A stretch of DNA of 64,000 nucleotides from Azolla caroliniana. Its lineage: Eukaryota > Plantae > Polypodiophyta. Each line of letters begins with the position of its first letter. Position 1 is the stretch's first letter. Positions 59,716-64,000 of the stretch are shown piece after piece. Under the pieces are notes generated by a model. It saw only the letters and a list, made by a program, of their open reading frames with translations. It searched no databases and was not told the DNA's origin. The position numbers were made by a program, and so were the translations under genes. The stretch is taken from the NCBI GenBank assembly GCA_043228905.1, contig JBHGNT010000003.1, positions 20,088,001-20,152,000 on the forward strand, in the 5' to 3' direction.

Positions 59716-60095
59716 TCCTGCACATACCTAGGATTAACATTTACAGGGCCTAGCTTCTCCTTACAAGAGGCTACTTGTGCCCGACTTTCTCATGGATATG
59801 CAGCCCTTGGTGCTCTCAAAAGACAATGTGCACATTTGCAATTCCAAGAGCCACGAATTAAGTTGTAGTTATTTGATACACTTGTCACACCAACTTTTCT
59901 CAATGGAGTAAAAACGTGGGAACTAATTCTTAACAAGGCAAATTATTGGAAAGATTTAGAGAGACCTTTAGTGTCAATTATTGCCCGCATGTTAAGGAGC
60001 AAACCATTGGTGCTCCACGATATAATCCAGGCAAAGATGGAGCAACCCCTATAATTACCGAGGCATTGTTTTGATCAGTGACCTATATCCAATGT
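59716..60095 (+). mobile_element. Further LINE fragment (array unit C), cut by an LTR insertion
   Basis: Colinear homolog of ~58195-58574. Confidence 0.88.
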
Positions 60096-60680
60096 TGTCA
60101 CATAAACGCACGTGTGTGTGCTACTCCAGCAGGACCACGGGGGACTTGGACCAAGGAGAGCGCAAGGACTAGGAAGGTGTGGACGTTAGCCGACTCGAAC
60201 GCTCCTGGGAGTCGAAAGCTCGTCAAACTCAAAGGCTCTTCATACTCAAACGCTCTCCAAAGTCAAATATTTTTTCAAACTCGAAGGTTCTTCAAAGTCA
60301 GAGGACATCTAGCGTTGAAGGCTCGTCAAAGTCAAAGGCTTTCTAGAGTCAAAGGCTTCTCAGACTTGAAGGCTCTCTAGAGTCAAAGGCTTTTCAATGT
60401 CGAAGGTTTTCCAAACTCGAAGGCTCGCCAGACTCAAAGGCTAGTGGGACGCAGAGGGAGCAATGTGTCAAATGATGATTAACACGTGAGGTTAAGATCA
60501 AAATATGTGATTAGCACAAGGAACACAAGATTACCAAGGGTTTGCACAAAAAATAGGACATAAAGTGCAACTTTGAAGGCCGAAAACGATAGATTAAGAA
60601 GAAAAAGAATCCCTTTAACAAATAGGGTTACAAGTGTACATAGTGATTAGATACAATATCGGTAACGAGAAGAGTTTCAT
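60096..60680. mobile_element. LTR related to the tRNA-Trp element LTR, with short internal tandem repeats
   Basis: TGTCACAT..CGCACGTG..GGACCACGGGGGACTTGGACCAAGGAG aligns with 17793-17855; TC(G/A)AAGGCT repeats at 60190-60445; a possible far end TTTTCACATGACA at 62957. Confidence 0.65.
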
Positions 60681-60739
60681 TGAACAATTAGAAGATAAAC
60701 ATTAGGCTTAAATGGAACAAAAGTTGGGGAGTCAGCCCC

Positions 60740-62849
60740 AAATGTATGAAATTTCTTAAATGTAGCAAAGGCTTCATCCTTAGATTTTACCAAATATACC
60801 CAAAGCTTCCTAGAGTACTCATCAACAAATGAAATAAAATAAAGAGCTCCCCCACAGATTTGGTGGGCATGCTGCAAATATCAGAATGAACTAGATTAAG
60901 AAGATTCGGCTTATGCGAGACACCAGAGTAGTAGGAATCCTTTACTTGCTTACCGTATTGGCATCCATTACAAAAATCAAGTTTTGATCCTTTAGCATTA
61001 AACTTGTCCAAATTACATAGTTTATCAAGGCCTTTTTGGCTCATGTGGCCAACGCTTTTATGCCATACTTCCATATGTGAATGGATTTCAACCAAAACAA
61101 TAAAGTTGCCCATCAAAGATTTACAATGCAAGCAATACAAAGTTCCTTTCTTAGTACCTGTAACAATTAGCTAAGAGCCTTCGATAAGTTTCCATGACCC
61201 TTTCTCAAAGGTCCTATATCCATGCATATCCATTTGTCCAACAAACAATAAGCTTTTCTTGATGCTTGGTACATACCTTACATCATGCAAAACCAGCTCA
61301 TTAGTACCATCCACTATGAGATGCATTGTGCCAATACCTTCAATAGAACAAGTATGGTTATTTCCAAGGTATATATTTCCATGGATGCCTACATCAAAGG
61401 TAGTAAACCACTCCTTAATAGGAGTAACATAGAATGATGCACCTGAATCCACAATCCATGTTTGTGACAAAGCATCATTCAGAGTAAGCAAGTCATCAAT
61501 TAGTTCACTCTTTGTAATCTGCATATCATGTGCATGAATAAAAACAGAAGCACCATTAACTTCAGCATGATTTGTTGCCATAGTAGCACAAAGAATATCT
61601 TTTGCATCTAATGGTTCCTCAATGATGACACTAGAGGCCACATTGGCCTTCTCTTTGTCCTTGTCCTTAAAGATGTTATGTGCTTCATTCGCGTTGTCCT
61701 TTTTCTTCTTGTCACTTGTGTTCTTCATTCTTTCTAATTCAACTTTGTAATATCTACAATCAAGCTTCTTATGACCTTTCCTACCACATTGATAACAAGT
61801 CACTTCAGCCTTGCCTTTGCTTTTGCTCCTATTCCTGTGTACATTCTCACTTTTCTTTTCAGTTCTTCCTCTAGCCACATTAGGTGAACCAGTTTCCTCT
61901 CCACTAGCTTTCCTCCTAATTTCCTCATTCAAAATAGAACCCCTTACACCATCAAATGTAGGATTAGGGTTATTTGAGAGTGAAACAACCAATGTTTCCC
62001 ACGAATCTAGTAAGGTCATCAACAGAAGATGACCTTAAGCTTATCATCAAAGGGAGGTAAACCGAAGTCATGCAATTGTGAGAGAGCACCTATAAAGGCA
62101 AATAAGTGCTCAGCTACACTTTTTGACTCATCAAGTTGCATACACACTAACTTACACATGAGATGCCCTTGATTTACAAGAGTGGTAATTTCATAAGTAG
62201 CTTTCAGCTTCTCCCAAACCTCAAAAGCAGTTGTGAGGCCCTTCAGATCCATTAAGATCTCACCTGATACAACCATCTTAATGTAAGTGGTGCCCTTCTT
62301 ATTTAGTTTCATCCATGCTACATCTGTCATTTCTTCAAGCTTGACTTCAAGAAGTGCCCCTTCATAATCTTTAAGAAAGAGAATGCCTAACATTCTCTCT
62401 TTCCATAAATCAAAACCACTAACTTCAAATCTCTTGATCTCAAACAAGCTTTTGAGATCAGATGAGGTAGTTGTTATGTTTACACTTCACAGTTTAAAAT
62501 CAAATTCGCCAAAAAAGGTAAAATCACCTTTTGTTTTGTGCACAATCACCTGATGAGACAGAAATTATTCACAATGAAACTCTCTTGCTATGATACCAAT
62601 TGAAAGAGATAATGATGGTGTGGTCAGATCCAAAACACCAAGGGAGTTTATTGTTATGCGAGGAGAGAAATTAGAGAAAACTATGCAGAAAATGGAGAGG
62701 AAACCCTAGCCACTAAAAGTCGTTTGTTCATTATGAGAGGTTTGGGACCAATTAATATTGATAAGTAGCTTTTGGGCCATTCTTGGCATGTTCACACATG
62801 GCCAATGACCAAAAGTTATAAAAATAATGTAAATGTCTATAACCCCTCA
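60740..62849 (-). mobile_element. 3'-truncated Copia element: 5' LTR (~62601-62849), PBS, gag, protease and partial integrase
   Basis: PBS TGGTATCATAGC at 62587-62598; CYQCGRKGHKKLDC, WIVDSGAS, WH...GH, LVHSDIC, FVDEYSRK. Confidence 0.85.
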
Positions 62850-64000
62850 AATTGGGGCCAAAGATACAATAAAAGTATGCCTAGAAAGCTCTCGACGAAG
62901 ACGATTTCTCCATAAACTTGAGGAAAATTCGGAAGCTCATCAAATTTTCACATGACATCATTTACAACCGATTATTTGGAGACTAGAATCTCTTGTTAGG
63001 ATTGTAACCCTTCTCCTACAAGTCAAAACCTAGTAGCCTCTTACGTGCCCACACATAATCATGGTTGATTACCATAGGACCGTCCAATAAGGCTGGAGAT
63101 AGGACCATTATGGAATATGTCCAAAGTTGTTATGCATGGGACTAGGCCTTTTAGGAAGGACCTAGCTACCCCATTTGGTACTCTTCATCGATTCTCTGAT
63201 TCAATCTCACGCCTATTCATGGGAATCTGAAATGCCACCTCCATCACAAAGCAATAATTTTCTTGAGCTAGATAACATGCCTCTGACTTGGTACAATACA
63301 TGTTATGCATCCAACTATCTGGTTAGATATGGAATTGGGTGGAAAGCATCGCACTAACTAAAGGGCGTCAGTTTGGAAGTTTGGTTATGAGGAGGGTTAA
63401 TCTCTGGCTGTCTTATTTTGATAATCATAGACATAATTAGCATAAATAAGTTACCCTTTGCTAAGTAAACTTGATCATTTGCATGGAAAATGATGTCAAA
63501 AGCCATGCGCTGCATTATGCATCTAGCTAATCATTGTGTCTTGCTCTAGGGATCAATTGGGCTCTAGAGTTCTGTTTTGATGACAGGATGGATTTATATT
63601 TTAATTATTTATTCCGCATCCTTGACCCTGACATGGAAAAGCATATCAAAAAATCAATGGTTCATGTAGATTTCCATATGAGATCAATATATAAGGTTGC
63701 AAGAAGTTGCAAGACACATGTTAAGTGTTTCCGCTAAGATTTTTCAATAATCTTATGACTAGTTTTTTATTTTGTTTTTGTTTGAATATTGGCATTTTGA
63801 TGTTCATGCTGGTAATTAGTATCACATTATGTTAATTCCTTATTAGGGACCCATTTCGTATAGAGAAGCATGTGAGAAGATCATATGCAAGCTGAAAACA
63901 GATGTTGAGCCTTTTCATAGAGACGACGATGGTCAGTAAACCCACGACTAATTTTATTTGAATAGTGGCTTCTCTAATCAGATTTCGCCATAGTTAACAG

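Noticed and set aside
60190-60445. CRISPR-like periodicity
   Set aside because: Degenerate tandem units with no unique spacers, no cas genes, eukaryotic LTR context

Overview
Eukaryotic land-plant DNA, most likely from a seed-free plant such as a fern. Two things point there: an intact RSPH9 flagellar radial-spoke gene and a Tcn1-like chromovirus. Bases 1-19.8 kb are a nest of LTR retrotransposons. A full-length Copia (5-bp TSD GTCGG) sits inside a chromovirus Gypsy, which sits inside the pol of an Athila-like Gypsy. That host also carries a pol-less, tRNA-Trp-primed LTR element (4-bp TSD ACGT), which itself holds a solo LTR. Bases 22-57 kb hold four host genes: an F-box gene (-), RSPH9 (+), a PRP16/DHX38 DEAH helicase (-) and a prolyl aminopeptidase (-). 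Between and within them are hAT MITEs, a tRNA-like SINE head, LINE fragments and a truncated Copia. The most striking structures are: (1) an RTEX/RTE-like LINE flanked by a ~190-bp duplication of the PRP16 promoter-proximal region; (2) a head-to-tail array of related LINEs joined through their microsatellite tails; (3) a tRNA-like Pol III A/B-box cassette inside an LTR; (4) a Copia gag fragment patched into a chromodomain. Coordinates were read by eye and no database searches were run, so family names come from recognised motifs.
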